From Auanema rhodensis (taxonomy: Eukaryota; Animalia; Nematoda), in assembly GCA_964057225.1 (NCBI GenBank), contig OZ059898.1, positions 9,982,001 through 10,046,000 on the forward strand: a stretch of 64,000 nucleotides of DNA, in the 5' to 3' direction. The position numbers and the translations under genes were made by a program. The notes below the pieces were generated by a model. That model had not been told where the DNA came from and did not search any database. It saw only the letters and a list, made by a program, of their open reading frames with translations. Positions 36,543 through 50,525 of the stretch are shown here, in pieces (the first letter of the stretch is position 1; the number at the start of each line of letters is the position of its first letter).

Positions 36543-37795
36543 TTCGAAAATGTTAGATTGTTTCCGAAAAATTATGAAAAGTCAAGTTCTACTGATTTGA
36601 AGAGAATTGTAAGTTTTAGAAAATAATTAAAAATTAGTTCTCTCTACTATTAACTGATTGTCGGCTAAAATATGGTAACAGTTTTTATAAAAAGTTTCCA
36701 TGATTAGGATTAAACAAAAAAAAGAATTAAAGAGAAACACTTTTTGTTTACTTATTTGATTATAATACTTGAAATTCCAAAAACAGTAGAATAAAATTGA
36801 GAAATCGACAAAAACAGTTGAACGATTTGAAGAGAATTGTAAGTTTTAGAAAAGAATTAAAGTTCAGCTATCTCTACTATTAACTGACTATCGGCTAGAA
36901 TAAGGTAACAGTTTTTATTGAAAGTTTCCATGATTACGATTGAACAAAAAAAAATTAGAGAGAAACACTTCTTGTTTACTTACTTGATTATAATACTTGA
37001 AATTCCAAAAACAGTAAAATAAAATTGAGAAAGCGACAAAAACAGTTGAACGATTTGAAGACAATTGTAAGTTTAAGAAAAGAATTAAAGTTTAGCTTTG
37101 TCTACTATTAACTGATTATCGGCTGAAATATGGTGACAGTTTTTTTTTAAAAGTTTCCATGATTAAGATTAAACAAAGAAAAAAAAATCAAAGAGAAACA
37201 CTTCTTGTTTACTTATTTGATTATAATACTTGAAATTCCAAAAACAGTAGAATAAAATAGAGAAAGCGACGAAAAAAGTTGAACGATTTGAAGAGAATTG
37301 TAAGTTTTAGAAAAGAATTTAAGTTCAGCTATCTCTACTATTAACTGAATGTCGGCTGAAATATGATAACAGTTTTTATTAAAAGTTTCCATGATTAAGA
37401 TTAAACAAAGAAAAAAAATCATAGAGAAACACTTCTTGTTTACTTATTTGATTATAATACTTGAAATTCCAAAAACAGTAAAATAAAATAGAGAAAGCGA
37501 CGAAAAAAGTTGAACGATTTGAAGAGAATTGTAAGTTTTAGAAAAGAATTAAAGTTCAGCTCTTTCTACTATTAACTGAATGTCGGCTGAAATAAGGTAA
37601 CAGTTTTTATTAAAAGTTTCCATGATTTAGATTTAACAAAGAAAAAAAATCAAAGAGAAACACTTCTTGTTTACTAATTTGATTATAACACTTGAAAATC
37701 CAACAAAAGTAAAATAAAACTGTGAAAGCGGGTAAAACTGTTGAACTAAACAGTCTTTATAAAATATAAATGATATATTTTTATAAAAGTGAAGT

Positions 37796-37866
37796 TGCAT
37801 CGGCCGGGAATGGAACCCGGGTCGCCCGCGTGGCAGGCGAGCATTCTACCACTGAACCACCGATGC
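37796..37866 (-). tRNA. tRNA-Gly-GCC: tRNA-Gly(GCC), B-box variant G57C (possible pseudogene)
   Basis: Substitution at 37812 changes GTTCGA to GTTCCA. Confidence 0.8.
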
Positions 37867-39119
37867 TTCGAAAATGTTAGATTGTTTCCAAAAAATTATG
37901 AAAAGTCAAGTTCTACTGATTTGAAGAAAATTGTAAGTTTTAGAAAATAATTAAAAATTAGTTCTCTCTACTATTAACTGATTGTCGGCTAAAATATGGT
38001 AACAGTTTTTATAAAAAGTTTCCATGATTAGGATTAAACAAAAAAAAGAATTAAAGAGAAACACTTTTTGTTTACTTATTTGATTATAATACTTGAAATT
38101 CCAAAAACAGTAGAATAAAATTGAGAAATCGACAAAAACAGTTGAACGATTTGAAGAGAATTGTAAGTTTTAGAAAAGAATTAAAGTTCAGCTATCTCTA
38201 CTATTAACTGACTATCGGCTAGAATAAGGTAACAGTTTTTATTGAAAGTTTCCATGATTACGATTGAACAAAAAAAAATTAGAGAGAAACACTTCTTGTT
38301 TACTTACTTGATTATAATACTTGAAATTCCAAAAACAGTAAAATAAAATTGAGAAAGCGACAAAAACAGTTGAACGATTTGAAGACAATTGTAAGTTTAA
38401 GAAAAGAATTAAAGTTTAGCTTTGTCTACTATTAACTGATTATCGGCTGAAATATGGTGACAGTTTTTTTTTAAAAGTTTCCATGATTAAGATTAAACAA
38501 AGAAAAAAAAATCAAAGAGAAACACTTCTTGTTTACTTATTTGATTATAATACTTGAAATTCCAAAAACAGTAGAATAAAATAGAGAAAGCGACGAAAAA
38601 AGTTGAACGATTTGAAGAGAATTGTAAGTTTTAGAAAAGAATTTAAGTTCAGCTATCTCTACTATTAACTGAATGTCGGCTGAAATATGATAACAGTTTT
38701 TATTAAAAGTTTCCATGATTAAGATTAAACAAAGAAAAAAAATCATAGAGAAACACTTCTTGTTTACTTATTTGATTATAATACTTGAAATTCCAAAAAC
38801 AGTAAAATAAAATAGAGAAAGCGACGAAAAAAGTTGAACGATTTGAAGAGAATTGTAAGTTTTAGAAAAGAATTAAAGTTCAGCTCTTTCTACTATTAAC
38901 TGAATGTCGGCTGAAATAAGGTAACAGTTTTTATTAAAAGTTTCCATGATTTAGATTTAACAAAGAAAAAAAATCAAAGAGAAACACTTCTTGTTTACTA
39001 ATTTGATTATAACACTTGAAAATCCAACAAAAGTAAAATAAAACTGTGAAAGCGGGTAAAACTGTTGAACTAAACAGTCTTTATAAAATATAAATGATAT
39101 ATTTTTATAAAAGTGAAGT

Positions 39120-39190
39120 TGCATCGGCCGGGAATGGAACCCGGGTCGCCCGCGTGGCAGGCGAGCATTCTACCACTGAACCACCGATGC
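39120..39190 (-). tRNA. tRNA-Gly-GCC: tRNA-Gly(GCC), B-box variant G57C (possible pseudogene)
   Basis: Substitution at 39136. Confidence 0.8.
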
Positions 39191-39988
39191 TTCGAAAATG
39201 TTAGATTGTTTCCAAAAAATTATAAAAAGTCAAGTTCTACTGATTTGAAGAAAATTGTAAGTTTTAGAAAATAATTAAAAATTAGTTCTCTCTACTATTA
39301 ACTGATTGTCGGCTAAAATATGGTAACAGTTTTTATGAAAAGTTTCCATGATTAGGATTAAACAAAGAAAAAAGAATCAAAGAGAAACACTTCTTGTTTA
39401 CTTATTTGATTATAATACTTGAAATTCCGAAAACAGTAGAATAAAATGAAGAAAGCGACAAAAACAGTTGAACGATTTGAAGAGAATTGTAAGTTTAAGA
39501 AAAGATTTAAAGTTTAGCTTTGTCTACTATTAACTGATTATCGGCTGAATAATGGTGACAGTTTTTTATTAAAAGTTTCCATGATTAAGATTAAACAAAG
39601 AAAAAAAAATCAAAGAGAAACACTTCTTGTTTACTTACTTGATTATAATACTTGAAATTCCAAAAACAGTAAAATAAAACTGTTAAAGCGAGTAAAACTG
39701 TTGAACGATTTGAAGACAATTGTAAGTTGAAGAAAAAAATTAAAGTTTAGCTCTCTCTACTATTTAATGATTGTCGGCTAAAATATGGTAACAGTTTTTA
39801 TTAAAAGTTTCCATGATTAAGATTGAACAAAGAAAAAAAAATCAAAGAGAAACACTTCTTGTTTACTAATTTGATTATAACACTTGAAAATCCAACAAAA
39901 GTAAAATAAAACTGTAAAAGCGAGTAAAACTGTTGAAATAAAACAGTTTTTATTAAATATAAATGATATTTTTTTATAAAAATGAAGT

Positions 39989-40059
39989 TGCATCGGCCGG
40001 GAATCGAACCCGGGTCGCCCGCGTGGCAGGCGAGCATTCTACCACTGAACCACCGATGC
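39989..40059 (-). tRNA. tRNA-Gly-GCC: tRNA-Gly(GCC)
   Basis: Array consensus. Confidence 0.96.
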
Positions 40060-42932
40060 TTCGAAAATGTTAGATTGTTTCCGAAAAATTATGAAAAGTC
40101 AAGTTCTACTGATTTGAAGAGAATTGTAAGTTTTAGAAAAGAATTAAAGCTCAGCTATCTCTACTATTAACTGATTATCGGCTAAAATAAGGTAACAGTT
40201 TTTATTGAAAGTTTGCATGATTAAGATTAAACAAAGAAAAAAAATCAAAGAGAAACACTTCTTGTTTACTTATTTGATTATAATACTTGAAATTCCAAAA
40301 ACAGTAGAATAAAATAGAGAAAGCGACGAAAAAAGTTGAACGATTTGAAGAGAATTGTAAGTTTTAGAAAAGAATTAAAGTTCAGCTATCTCTACTATTA
40401 ACTGATTATCGGCTAAAATAAGGTAACAGTTTTTATTGAAAGTTTCCATGATTAAGATTAAACAAAGAAAAAAATCAAAGAGAAACACTTCTTGTTTACT
40501 TACTTGATTATAATACTTGAAATTCCAAAAACAGTAAAATAAAATTGAAAAAGCGACAAAAACAGTTGAACTATTTGAAGACAATTGTAAGTTGAAGAAT
40601 AAAATTAAAGTTTAGCTCTCTCTACTATTAACTGAATGTCGGCTAAAATATGGTAACAGTTTTTATTAAAAGTTTCCATGATTAAGACTAAACAAAGAAA
40701 AAAAATCAAAGAGAAACACTTCTTGTTTACTTATTTGATTATAATACTTGAAATTCCAAAAACAGTAGAATAAAATAGAGAAAGAGACGAAAAAAGTTGA
40801 ACGATTTGAAGAGAATTGTAAGTTTTAGAAAAGAATTAAAGTTCAGCTATCTCTACTATTAACTGATTATCGGCTAAAATAAGGTAACAGTTTTTATTGA
40901 AAGTTTCCATGATTAAGATTAAACAAAGAAAAAAATCAAAGAGAAACACTTCTTGTTTACTTACTTGATTATAATACTTGAAATTCCAAAAACAGTAAAA
41001 TAAAATTGAAAAAGCGGCAAAAACAGTTGAACTATTTGAAGACAATTGTAAGTTGAAGAATAATATTAAAGTTTAGCTCTCTCTACTATTAACTGAATGT
41101 CGGCTAAAATATGGTAACAGTTTTTATTAAAAGTTTCCATGATTAAGATTAAACAAAGAAAAAAAATCAAAGAGAAACACTTCTTGTTTACTTATTTGAT
41201 TATAATACTTGAAATTCCAAAAACAGTAGAATAAAATAAAGAAAGAGACGAAAAAAGTTGAACGATTTGAAGAGAATTGTAAGTGTAAGAAAAGATTTAA
41301 AGTTTAGCTTTGTCTACTATTAACTGATTATCGGCTGAATAATGGTGACAGTTTTTCATTAAAAGTTTCCATGATTAAGATTAAACAAAGAAAAAAAATC
41401 AAAGAGAAACACTTCTTGTTTACTTATTTGATTATAATACTTGAAATTCCAAAAACAGTAGAATAAAATAGAGAAAGCGACGAAAAAAGTTGAACGATTT
41501 GAAGAGAATTGTAAGTTTTAGAAAAGAATTAAAGTTCAGCTATCTCTACTATTAACTGATTATCGGCTAAAATAAGGTAACAGTTTTTATTGAAAGTTTC
41601 CATGATTAAGATTAAACAAAGAAAAAAATCAAAGAGAAACACTTCTTGTTTACTTACTTGATTATAATACTTGAAATTCCAAAAACAGTAAAATAAAATT
41701 GAAAAAGCGACAAAAACAGTTGAACTATTTGAAGACAATTGTAAGTTGAAGAATAAAATTAAAGTTTAGCTCTCTCTACTATTAACTGAATGTCGGCTAA
41801 AATATGGTAACAGTTTTTATTAAAAGTTTCCATGATTAAGACTAAACAAAGAAAAAAAATCAAAGAGAAACACTTCTTGTTTACTTATTTGATTATAATA
41901 CTTGAAATTCCAAAAACAGTAGAATAAAATAGAGAAAGAGACGAAAAAAGTTGAACGATTTGAAGAGAATTGTAAGTTTTAGAAAAGAATTAAAGTTCAG
42001 CTATCTCTACTATTAACTGATTATCGGCTAAAATAAGGTAACAGTTTTTATTGAAAGTTTCCATGATTAAGATTAAACAAAGAAAAAAATCAAAGAGAAA
42101 CACTTCTTGTTTACTTACTTGATTATAATACTTGAAATTCCAAAAACAGTAAAATAAAATTGAAAAAGCGACAAAAACAGTTGAACTATTTGAAGACAAT
42201 TGTAAGTTGAAGAATAATATTAAAGTTTAGCTCTCTCTACTATTAACTGAATGTCGGCTAAAATATGGTAACAGTTTTTATTAAAAGTTTCCATGATTAA
42301 GATTAAACAAAGAAAAAAAATCAAAGAGAAACACTTCTTGTTTACTTATTTGATTATAATACTTGAAATTCCAAAAACAGTAGAATAAAATAAAGAAAGA
42401 GACGAAAAAAGTTGAACGATTTGAAGAGAATTGTAAGTTTAAGAAAAGATTTAAAGTTTAGCTTTGTCTACTATTAACTGATTATCGGCTGAATAATGGT
42501 GACAGTTTTTCATTAAAAGTTTCCATGATTAAGATTAAACAAAGAAAAAAAAATCAAAGAGAAACACTTCTTGTTTACTTACTTGATTATAATACTTGAA
42601 ATTCCAAAAACAGTAAAATAAAACTGTTAAAGCGAGTAAAACTGTTGAACGATTTGAAGACAATTGTAAGTTGAAGAAAAAAATTAAAGTTTAGCTCTCT
42701 CTACTATTTAATGATTGTCGGCTAAAATATGGTAACAGTTTTTATTAAAAGTTTCCATGATTAAGATTGAACAAAGAAAAAAAAATCAAAGAGAAACACT
42801 TCTTGTTTACTAATTTGATTATAACACTTGAAAATCCAACAAAAGTAAAATAAAACTGTAAAAGCGAGTAAAACTGTTGAAATAAAACAGTTTTTATTAA
42901 ATATAAATGATATTTTTTTATAAAAATGAAGT

Positions 42933-43003
42933 TGCATCGGCCGGGAATCGAACCCGGGTCGCCCGCGTGGCAGGCGAGCATTCTACCACTGAACCACCGA
43001 TGC
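42933..43003 (-). tRNA. tRNA-Gly-GCC: tRNA-Gly(GCC)
   Basis: Array consensus. Confidence 0.96.
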
Positions 43004-43800
43004 TTCGAAAATGTTAGATTGTTTCCGAAAAATTATGAAAAGTCAAGTTCTACTGATTTGAAGAGAATTGTAAGTTTTAGAAAAGAATTAAAGTTCAGCT
43101 ATCTCTACTATTAACTGATTATCGGCTAAAATAAGGTAACAGTTTTTATTAAAAGTTTCCATGATTAAGATTAAACAAAGAAAAAAAATCAAAGAGAAAC
43201 ACTTCTTGTTTACTTATTTGATTATAATACTTGAAATTCCAAAAACAGTAGAATAAAATAGAGAAAGAGACGAAAAAAGTTGAACGATTTGAAGAGAATT
43301 GTAAGTTTAAGAAAAGATTTAAAGTTTAGCTTTGTCTACTATTAACTGATTATCGGCTGAATAATGGTGACAGTTTTTCATTAAAAGTTTCCATGATTAA
43401 GATTAAACAAAGAAAAAAAAATCAAAGAGAAACACTTCTTGTTTACTTACTTGATTATAATACTTGAAATTCCAAAAACAGTAAAATAAAACTGTTAGAG
43501 CGAGTAAAACTGTTGAACGATTTGAAGACAATTGTAAGTTGAAGAAAAAAATTAAAGTTTAGCTCTCTCTACTATTTAATGATTGTCGGCTAAAATATGG
43601 TAACAGTTTTTATTAAAAGTTTCCATGATTAAGATTGAACAAAGAAAAAAAAATCAAAGAGAAACACTTCTTGTTTACTAATTTGATTATAACACTTGAA
43701 AATCCAACAAAAGTAAAATAAAACTGTAAAAGCGAGTAAAACTGTTGAAATAAAACAGTTTTTATTAAATATAAATGATATTTTTTTATAAAAATGAAGT

Positions 43801-43871
43801 TGCATCGGCCGGGAATCGAACCCGGGTCGCCCGCGTGGCAGGCGAGCATTCTACCACTGAACCACCGATGC
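43801..43871 (-). tRNA. tRNA-Gly-GCC: tRNA-Gly(GCC)
   Basis: Array consensus. Confidence 0.96.
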
Positions 43872-44898
43872 TTCGAAAATGTTAGATTGTTTCCGAAAAA
43901 TTATGAAAAGTCAAGTTCTACTGATTTGAAGAGAATTGTAAGTTTTAGAAAAGAATTAAAGTTCAGCTATCTCTACTATTAACTGATTATCGGCTAAAAT
44001 AAGGTAACAGTATTTATTGAAAGTTTCCATGATTAAGATTAAACAAAGAAAAAAAATCAAAGAGAAACACTTCTTGTTTACTTATTTGATTATAATACTT
44101 GAAATTCCAAAAACAGTAGAATAAAATAGAGAAAGCGACGAAAAAAGTTGAACGATTTGAAGAGAATTGTAAGTTGAAGAATAAAATTAAAGTTTAGCTC
44201 TCTCTACTATTAACTGAATGTCGGCTAAAATATGGTAACAGTTTTTATTAAAAGTTTCCATGATTAAGATTAAACAAAGAAAAAAATCAAAGAGAAACAC
44301 TTCTTGTTTACTTATTTGATTATAATACTTGAAATTCCAAAAACAGTAGAATAAAATAGAGAAAGAGACGAAAAAAGTTGAACGATTTGAAGAGAATTGT
44401 AAGTTTAAGAAAAGATTTAAAGTTTAGCTTTGTCTACTATTAACTGATTATCGGCTGAATAATGGTGACAGTTTTTTATTAAAAGTTTCCATGATTAAGA
44501 TTAAACAAAGAAAAAAAAATCAAAGAGAAACACTTCTTGTTTACTTACTTGATTATAATACTTGAAATTCCAAAAACAGTAAAATAAAACTGTTAAAGCG
44601 AGTAAAACTGTTGAACGATTTGAAGACAATTGTAAGTTGAAGAAAAAAATTAAAGTTTAGCTCTCTCTACTATTTAATGATTGTCGGCTAAAATATGGTA
44701 ACAGTTTTTATTAAAAGTTTCCATGATTAAGATTGAACAAAGAAAAAAAAATCAAAGAGAAACACTTCTTGTTTACTAATTTGATTATAACACTTGAAAA
44801 TCCAACAAAAGTAAAATAAAACTGTAAAAGCGAGTAAAACTGTTGAAATAAAACAGTTTTTATTAAATATAAATGATATTTTTTTATAAAAATGAAGT

Positions 44899-44969
44899 TG
44901 CATCAGCCGGGAATCGAACCCGGGTCGCCCGCGTGGCAGGCGAGCATTCTACCACTGAACCACCGATGC
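44899..44969 (-). tRNA. tRNA-Gly-GCC: tRNA-Gly(GCC), variant C67U
   Basis: Substitution at 44905 gives a G6:U67 wobble. Confidence 0.92.
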
Positions 44970-46226
44970 TTCGAAAATGTTAGATTGTTTCCGAAAAATT
45001 ATGAAAAGTCAAGTTCTACTGATTTGAAGAGAATTGTAAGTTTTAGAAAAGAATTAAAGTTCAGCTATCTCTACTATTAACTGATTATCGGCTAAAATAA
45101 GGTAACAGTTTTTATTGAAAGTTTCCATGATTAAGATTAAACAAAGAAAAAAAATCAAAGAGAAACACTTCTTGTTTACTTATTTGATTATAATACTTGA
45201 AATTCCAAAAACAGTAGAATAAAATAGAGAAAGCGACGAAAAAAGTTGAACGATTTGAAGAGAATTGTAAGTTTTAGAAAAGAATTAAAGTTCAGCTATC
45301 TCTACTATTAACTGATTATCGGCTAAAATAAGGTAACAGTTTTTATTGAAAGTTTCCATGATTAAGATTAAACAAAGAAAAAAATCAAAGAGAAACACTT
45401 CTTGTTTACTTACTTGATTATAATACTTGAAATTCCAAAAACAGTAAAATAAAATTGAAAAAGCGACAAAAACAGTTGAACTATTTGAAGACAATTGTAA
45501 GTTGAAGAATAAAATTAAAGTTTAGCTCTCTCTACTATTAACTGAATGTCGGCTAAAATATGGTAACAGTTTTTATTAAAAGTTTCCATGATTAAGATTA
45601 AACAAAGAAAAAAAATCAAAGAGAAACACTTCTTGTTTACTTATTTGATTATAATACTTGAAATTCCAAAAACAGTAGAATAAAATAGAGAAAGAGACGA
45701 AAAAAGTTGAACGATTTGAAGAGAATTGTAAGTTTTAGAAAAGAATTAAAGTTTAGCTTTGTCTACTATTTAATAATTATCGGCTGAAATATGGTGACAG
45801 TTTTTTTTTAAAAGTTTCCATGATTAAGATTAATCAAAGAAAAAAAAATCAAAGAGAAACACTTCTTGTTTACTAATTTGATTATAACACTTGAAATTCC
45901 AACAAAAGTAAAGTAAAACTGTTAAAGCGAGTAAAACTGTTGAACAATTTGAAGACAATTGTAAGTTGAAGAATAAAATTAAAGTTTAGCTCTCTCTACT
46001 ATTAACTGAATGTCGGCTAAAATATGGTAACAGTTTTTATTAAAAGTTTCCATGATTAAGATTAAACAAAGAAAAAAAATCAAAGAGAAACACTTCTTGT
46101 TTACTAATTTGATTATAACACTTGAAATTCCAACAAAAGTAAAATAAAACTGTGAAAGCGGGTAAAACTGTTGAAATAAAACAGTCTTTATAAAATATAA
46201 ATGATATTTTTTTATAAAAGTGAAGT

Positions 46227-46297
46227 TGCATCGGCCGGGAATCGAACCCGGGTCGCCCGCGTGGCAGGCGAGCATTCTACCACTGAACCACCGATGC
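46227..46297 (-). tRNA. tRNA-Gly-GCC: tRNA-Gly(GCC)
   Basis: Array consensus. Confidence 0.96.
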
Positions 46298-47092
46298 TTC
46301 GAAAATGTTAGATTGTTTCCGAAAAATTATGAAAAGTCAAGTTCTACTGATTTGAAGAAAATTGTAAGTTTTAGAAAATAATTAAAAATAAGTTCTCTCT
46401 ACTATTAACTGATTGTCGGCTAAAATATGGTAACAGTTTTTATGAAAAGTTTCCATGATTAGGATTAAACAAAAAAAAGAATTAAAAAGAAACACTTCTT
46501 GTTTACTTACTTGATTATACTACTTGAAATTCGAAAAAAAGTAAAAAACAATTGAGAAAGCGACATAAACAGTTGAACGATTTGAAGAGAATTGTAAGTT
46601 TAAGAAAAGATTTAAAGTTTAGCTTTGTCTACTATTAACTGATTATCGGCTGAAATATGGTGACAGTTTTTTATTAAAAGTTTCCATGATTAAGATTAAA
46701 CAAAGAAAAAAAAATCAAAGAGAAACACTTCTTGTTTACTTATTTGATTATAACACTTGAAATTCCAACAAAAGTAAAGTAAAACTGTTAAAGCGAGTAA
46801 AACTGTTGAACGATTTGAAGACAATTGTAAGTTGAAGAAAAAAATTAAAGTTTAGCTCTCTCTACTATTAACTGAATGTCGGCTGAAATAAGGTAACAGT
46901 TTTTATTAAAAGTTTCCATGATTTAGATTAAACAAAGAAAAAAAATCAAAGAGAAACACTTCTTGTTTACTAATTTGATTATAACACTTGAAAATCCAAC
47001 AAAAGTAAAATAAAACTGTGAAAGCGGGTAAAACTGTTGAACTAAAACAGTCTTTATAAAATATAAATGATATATTTTTATAAAAGTGAAGT

Positions 47093-47163
47093 TGCATCGG
47101 CCGGGAATCGAACCCGGGTCGCCCGCGTGGCAGGCGAGCATTCTACCACTGAACCACCGATGC
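47093..47163 (-). tRNA. tRNA-Gly-GCC: tRNA-Gly(GCC)
   Basis: Array consensus. Confidence 0.96.
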
Positions 47164-48188
47164 TTCGAAAATGTTAGATTGTTTCCGAAAAATTATGAAA
47201 AGTCAAGTTCTACTGATTTGAAGAGAATTGTAAGTTTTAGAAAATAATTAAAAATTAGTTCTCTCTACTATTAACTGATTGTCGGCTAAAATATGGTAAC
47301 AGTTTTTATAAAAAGTTTCCATGATTAGGATTAAACAAAAAAAAGATTTAAAGAGAAACACTTTTTGTTTACTTATTTGATTATAATACTTGAAATTCCA
47401 AAAACAGTAGAATAAAATTGAGAAATCGACAAAAACAGTTTAACGATTTGAAGAGAATTGTAAGTTTTAGAAAAGAATTAAAGTTCAGCTATCTCTACTA
47501 TTAACTGACTATCGGCTAGAATAAGGTTACAGTTTTTATTGAAAGTTTCCATGATTAAGATTGAACAAAAAAAAGAATTAAAAAGAAACACTTCTTGTTT
47601 ACTTACTTGATTATACTACTTGAAATTCGAAAAAAAGTAAAAAACAATTGAGAAAGCGACATAAACAGTTGAACGATTTGAAGAGAATTGTAAGTTTAAG
47701 AAAAGATTTAAAGTTTAGCTTTGTCTACTATTAACTGATTATCGGCTGAAATATGGTGACAGTTTTTTATTAAAAGTTTCCATGATTAAGATTAAACAAA
47801 GAAAAAAAAATCAAAGAGAAACACTTCTTGTTTACTTATTTGATTATAACACTTGAAATTCCAACAAAAGTAAAGTAAAACTGTTAAAGCGAGTAAAACT
47901 GTTGAACGATTTGAAGACAATTGTAAGTTGAAGAAAAAAATTAAAGTTTAGCTCTCTCTACTATTAACTGAATGTCGGCTGAAATAAGGTAACAGTTTTT
48001 ATTAAAAGTTTCCATGATTTAGATTAAACAAAGAAAAAAAATCAAAGAGAAACACTTCTTGTTTACTAATTTGATTATAACACTTGAAAATCCAACAAAA
48101 GTAAAATAAAACTGTGAAAGCGGGTAAAACTGTTGAACTAAAACAGTCTTTATAAAATATAAATAATATATTTTTATAAAAGTGAAGT

Positions 48189-48259
48189 TGCATCGGCCGG
48201 GAATCGAACCCGGGTCGCCCGCGTGGCAGGCGAGCATTCTACCACTGAACCACCGATGC
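48189..48259 (-). tRNA. tRNA-Gly-GCC: tRNA-Gly(GCC)
   Basis: Array consensus. Confidence 0.96.
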
Positions 48260-49701
48260 TTCGAAAATGTTAGATTGTTTCCGAAAAATTATGAAAAGTC
48301 AAGTTCTACTGATTTGAAGAGAATTGTAAGTTTTAGAAAAGAATTAAAAATAAGTTCTCTCTACTATTAACTGATTGTCGGCTAAAATATGGTAACAGTT
48401 TTTTTAAAAAGTTTCCATGATTAGGATTAAACAAAAAAAAGAATTAAAAAGAAACACTTCTTGTTTACTTACTTGATTATACTACTTGAAATTCGAAAAA
48501 AAGTAAAAAACAATTGAGAAAGCGACATAAACAGTTGAACGATTTGAAGAGAATTGTAAGTTTAAGAAAAAAATTAAAGTTTAGCTTTGTCTACTATTAA
48601 CTGATTATCGGCTGAAATATGGTGACAGTTTTTTATTAAAAGTTTCCATGATTAAGATTAAACAAAGAAAAAAAATCAAAGAGAAACACTTCTTGTTTAC
48701 TTATTTGATTATAATACTTGAAATTCCAAAAACAGTAGAATAAAATAGAGAAAGAGACGAAAAAAGTTGAACGATTTGAAGAGAATTGTAAGTTTTAGAA
48801 AAGAATTAAAGTTCAGCTATCTCTACTATTAACTGATTATCAGCTAAAATAAGGTAACAGTTTTTATTAAAGCGAGTAAAACTGTTGAACGATTTGAAGA
48901 CAATCGGCTAAAATAAGGTAACAGTTTTTATTAAAGCGAGTAAAACTGTTGAACGATTTGAAGAAAATTGTAAGTTTTAGAAAATAATTAAAAATAAGTT
49001 CTCTCTACTATTAACTGATTGTCGGCTAAAATATGGTAACAGTTTTTATGAAAAGTTTCCATGATTAGGATTAAACAAAGAAAAAAGAATCAAAGAGAAA
49101 CACTTCTTGTTCACTTATTTGATTATAATACTTGAAATTCCGAAAACAGTAGAATAAAATAAAGAAAGCGACAAAAACAGTTGAACGATTTGAAGAGAAT
49201 TGTAAGTTTAAGAAAAGATTTAAAATTTAGCTTTGTCTACTATTAACTGATTATCGGCTGAAATGTGGTGACAGTTTTTCATTAAAAGTTTCCATGATTA
49301 AGATTAAACAAAGAAAAAAAAATCAAAGAGAAACACTTCTTGTTTACTTACTTGATTATAATACTTGAAATTCCAAAAACAGTAAAATAAAACTGTTAAA
49401 GCGAGTAAAACTGTTGAACGATTTGAAGACAATTGTAAGTTGAAGAAAAAAATTAAAGTTTAGCTCTCTCTACTATTTAATGATTGTCGGCTAAAATATG
49501 GTAACAGTTTTTATTAAAAGTTTCCATGATTAAGATTGAACAAAGAAAAAAAAATCAAAGAGAAACACTTCTTGTTTACTAATTTGATTATAACACTTGA
49601 AAATCCAACAAAAGTAAAATAAAACTGTAAAAGCGAGTAAAACTGTTGAAATAAAACAGTTTTTATTTTATATAAATGATATTTTTTTATAAAAATGAAG
49701 T

Positions 49702-49772
49702 TGCATCGGCCGGGAATCGAACCCGGGTCGCCCGCGTGGCAGGCGAGCATTCTACCACTGAACCACCGATGC
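49702..49772 (-). tRNA. tRNA-Gly-GCC: tRNA-Gly(GCC)
   Basis: Array consensus. Confidence 0.96.
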
Positions 49773-50454
49773 TTCAAAAATGTTAGATTGTTTCCGAAAA
49801 ATTATGAAAAGTCAAGTTCTACTGATTTGAAGAGAATTGTAAGTTTTAGAAAATAATTAAAAATAAGTTCTCTCTACTATTAACTGATTGTCGGCTAAAA
49901 TATGGTAACAGTTTTTATTAAAGCGAGTAAAACTGTTGAACGATTTGAAGAAAATTGTAAGTTTTAGAAAATAATTAAAAATAAGTTCTCTCTACTATTA
50001 ACTGATTGTCGGCTAAAATATGGTAACAGTTTTTATTAAAAGTTTCCATGATTAAGATTAAACAAAGAAAAAAAATCAAAGAGAAACACTTCTTGTTTAC
50101 TTACTTGATTATAATACTTGAAATTCCAAAAACAGTAAAATAAAACTGTTAAAGCGAGTAAAACTGTTGAACGATTTGAAGACAATTGTAAGTTGAAGAA
50201 AAAAATTAAAGTTTAGCTCTCTCTACTATTTAATGATTGTCGGCTAAAATATGGTAACAGTTTTTATTAAAAGTTTCCATGATTAAGATTGAACAAAGAA
50301 AAAAAAATCAAAGAGAAACACTTCTTGTTTACTAATTTGATTATAACACTTGAAAATCCAACAAAAGTAAAATAAATCTGTAAAAGCGAGTAAAACTGTT
50401 GAAATAAAACAGTTTTTATTAAATATAAATGATATTTTTTTATAAAAATGAAGT

Positions 50455-50525
50455 TGCATCAGCCGGGAATCGAACCCGGGTCGCCCGCGTGGCAGGCGAG
50501 CATTCTACCACTGAACCACCGATGC
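50455..50525 (-). tRNA. tRNA-Gly-GCC: tRNA-Gly(GCC), variant C67U
   Basis: Substitution at 50461. Confidence 0.92.
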
